DNA from: Pseudomonadota bacterium
GTDB lineage: Bacteria > UBA10199 > 2-02-FULL-44-16 > JBDRGF01
Assembly: GCA_043818055.1 (NCBI GenBank)
Contig: JBDRGF010000090.1
Location: 1-14,714 of the forward strand
DNA: 14,714 nucleotides
Direction: 5' to 3'
A program made the translations under genes and the position numbers. Of this stretch, positions 13,133-14,714 are shown piece after piece; within the stretch, counting starts at the first letter, position 1, and each line of letters starts with the position of its first letter. The notes under the pieces are model-generated. The model did not search any database, was not told where the DNA came from, and saw nothing but the letters and a program-made list of their open reading frames with translations.

Positions 13133-14026
13133 ATGAATGATATCCTATCCAAAATTGGCGTTAATATAAATGTTACTTTTGCCCTCATCTTTTTTTCACT
13201 TCTTTGGGTGCGCGTGTTGGGAATGGCGATCATGATTCCCTTCCTCTTTGGCAAGCCGGTGCCGAAATATGTCGTCGTTGGGTCGGCTTCAGTTTTGGCG
13301 ATATTTTTGTTTCCGTACCTCATGCCTGCAACTCAACCTGACCTCACAAATGATTTCCTGATGCTCTTCATGCTCTATCTCAAGGAGGCCTTTTACGGTA
13401 TAGTCATGGGGTTTTCAGTCGCTATATTTTTCTATGGATTTCAGGCGGCTGGCCAGATGATCGATGGCCAGCGGGGTATGTCTATAGCCAGATCGATACT
13501 GCCTCAGCTGGGGGAGCAGAGCGCCCTCTCCGGCATCCTGCTCTTTCAGATGGCGGTCGTCCTCTATTTGAGTTTTGGCGGTCATCTCGTATTTTTAGAT
13601 TCATTTATGATGAGTTACAAGGCGTTGCCTGTGCTCGAGTTTCCTCAGGTGGGGCCGGGACTCTTTCCCCTCATGGATCTATTCGCCCGCATCACTGGGG
13701 AGGTGCTCTATATTGCCGTCCAGATAGCTGCCCCAATAATGATAGCGATATTCGTAGCCGACATAATCTTAGGTCTGTCAAACCGTATAGCCCCTCAAAT
13801 AGATGTCTGGATGCTCGGTTTTAATATCAAGGGCTATGTCGGAATCCTGCTCTTCTTTACAGCACTTGGGATGATAGGGAATCAGGTATATAATTATACC
13901 CAAAAATCAGTTATTTACGTTGAAACAGCTAAAAAGTTACTTGAAGGTAAGCCCGACGAAGTTCAGCTCGAACTCGACAAAAATATCGAGGATATCAAGC
14001 TGCCGATGGAGGTTATTACGAAGTAG
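13133..14026 (+). CDS. sctT: T3SS export apparatus protein SctT (FliR/YscT family)
   Basis: Multi-TM protein: RVLG..P, LKEAFYG, AAGQMIDGQRG, GGHLVFLDSFMMSY..LP, IAAP....DIILGLSNRIAPQIDV. Follows sctS. Confidence 0.95.
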   Translation: MNDILSKIGVNINVTFALIFFSLLWVRVLGMAIMIPFLFGKPVPKYVVVGSASVLAIFLFPYLMPATQPDLTNDFLMLFMLYLKEAFYGIVMGFSVAIFFYGFQAAGQMIDGQRGMSIARSILPQLGEQSALSGILLFQMAVVLYLSFGGHLVFLDSFMMSYKALPVLEFPQVGPGLFPLMDLFARITGEVLYIAVQIAAPIMIAIFVADIILGLSNRIAPQIDVWMLGFNIKGYVGILLFFTALGMIGNQVYNYTQKSVIYVETAKKLLEGKPDEVQLELDKNIEDIKLPMEVITK

Positions 14027-14051
14027 TATCTTACACAAAGAGGAGAGGACA

Positions 14052-14714
14052 ATGAGATTCAAATTTAACTATCGATATTTAATAGCAATTTTCATCCTAT
14101 TTTTATCACTCATTTTTTTCGCACATGAGATGAGTGCAATGGAGGTAATCAACAGAGTAATTTTGAATTTTGATTCTGAAGAGAGCTATGACAATGTAAC
14201 AGTTGAAAATGTTGATGAGCTTGCCTTGGAAGATATCAAAGAGAAAGATTCTGATATTGATATCGGAAGCTTGAGGTTATCAAAAAAATATTGCGACATT
14301 CCATTTTATAAAGATCAGAAACAGGGGATATGTTCTGCTTTTTTTCAGCAATACTATGGTGAACTGCTCGTTTGGAGCAGCTTAGTCTCAGCCACTTCGA
14401 TAAATGGAAAGTTTGTTCATGAGAATTTAACCTATTTTAATGGGATTGATATTTCAACCAGGCCGGAAATTGAAGAAGAGCGGGCGATCGAAATCGTGCA
14501 AGGAAGACTCTCTACTGAGAAGAAGCCGGAGCTGGTTGAGCTGGTTGTTTTTCCGCATGGAAGTGATTTGGATCGGATCTATTCACTGAGTTGGAAGATC
14601 GATATGCCTATGACGCACGATGACAGGGTGATGACTCTCTTTATAGATGCGATATCGGGGCGGACGCTCTACGACTATAACAGAGTTGACTATCAGATTG
14701 GCGCTAAAGGGAGT
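14052..14714 (+). CDS. Secreted FTP/PepSY propeptide-containing protein, probable M4/M36 metallopeptidase precursor (partial, runs off the window)
   Basis: Not in the ORF track because it has no stop. SD AGGAGAGG, ATG 14052, open to the window end (221 codons). Signal peptide MRFKFNYRYLIAIFILFLSLIFFA; FTP-like FQQYYGELLVW; PepSY-like PEIEEERAIEIV...ELVVFP...YSLSWKI...FIDAISGRTL. No HEXXH catalytic motif within the window. Confidence 0.75.
   Translation, partial: MRFKFNYRYLIAIFILFLSLIFFAHEMSAMEVINRVILNFDSEESYDNVTVENVDELALEDIKEKDSDIDIGSLRLSKKYCDIPFYKDQKQGICSAFFQQYYGELLVWSSLVSATSINGKFVHENLTYFNGIDISTRPEIEEERAIEIVQGRLSTEKKPELVELVVFPHGSDLDRIYSLSWKIDMPMTHDDRVMTLFIDAISGRTLYDYNRVDYQIGAKGS

Noticed and set aside
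690..13323. All minus-strand ORFs and the nested + strand ORFs 4294..4611, 7097..7291 and 12782..13030 in the track
   Set aside because: They overlap well-supported T3SS genes or repeat hairpins, show no recognisable motifs, and are best explained as shadow frames.
200..14026. Interpretation as a flagellar gene cluster
   Set aside because: Despite FliA, FliO, FliG-like and FliN-like genes, the ring protein is a short lipoprotein of SctJ type, the ATPase has AAAGVGKS, SctI and SctF-like genes are present, and no fliE/fliF/flg/flagellin/mot genes occur.

Overview
Almost the whole window is one + strand non-flagellar type III secretion system (injectisome) cluster of a deep-branching, Myxococcus/Deltaproteobacteria-like type (taxonomy inferred from gene content and order). 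Gene order: end of an upstream ORF with a Tyr-rich tail; small SctE-like protein; long SctF-like needle candidate; TPR chaperone (SctG-like); sctJ; two unknown ORFs; FliA/sigma28-family sigma factor; sctI; FliG-like SctK; sctL; sctN; sctO; sctP; sctQ split into FliM-like and FliN-like genes; fliO; sctR; sctS; sctT; then the 5' part of a secreted FTP/PepSY propeptide protein (M4/M36 metalloprotease-like). No sctC, sctD, sctU or sctV is visible in the window. The system keeps several flagellar traits: FliA, FliO, a FliG-like protein, a FliM/FliN split and a signal peptide on SctR. A regulatory cascade can be read from the DNA. A sigma54 promoter with an IHF site and a palindromic candidate enhancer precedes the sigma28-like gene. 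An identical non-canonical GCAAC-N16-GCCGATA promoter precedes the needle candidate and a putative late-secreted gene. Several intergenic junctions carry 7-nt-periodic inverted-repeat hairpins or MITE-like palindromes. All protein assignments come from motif recognition and synteny, not database searches.
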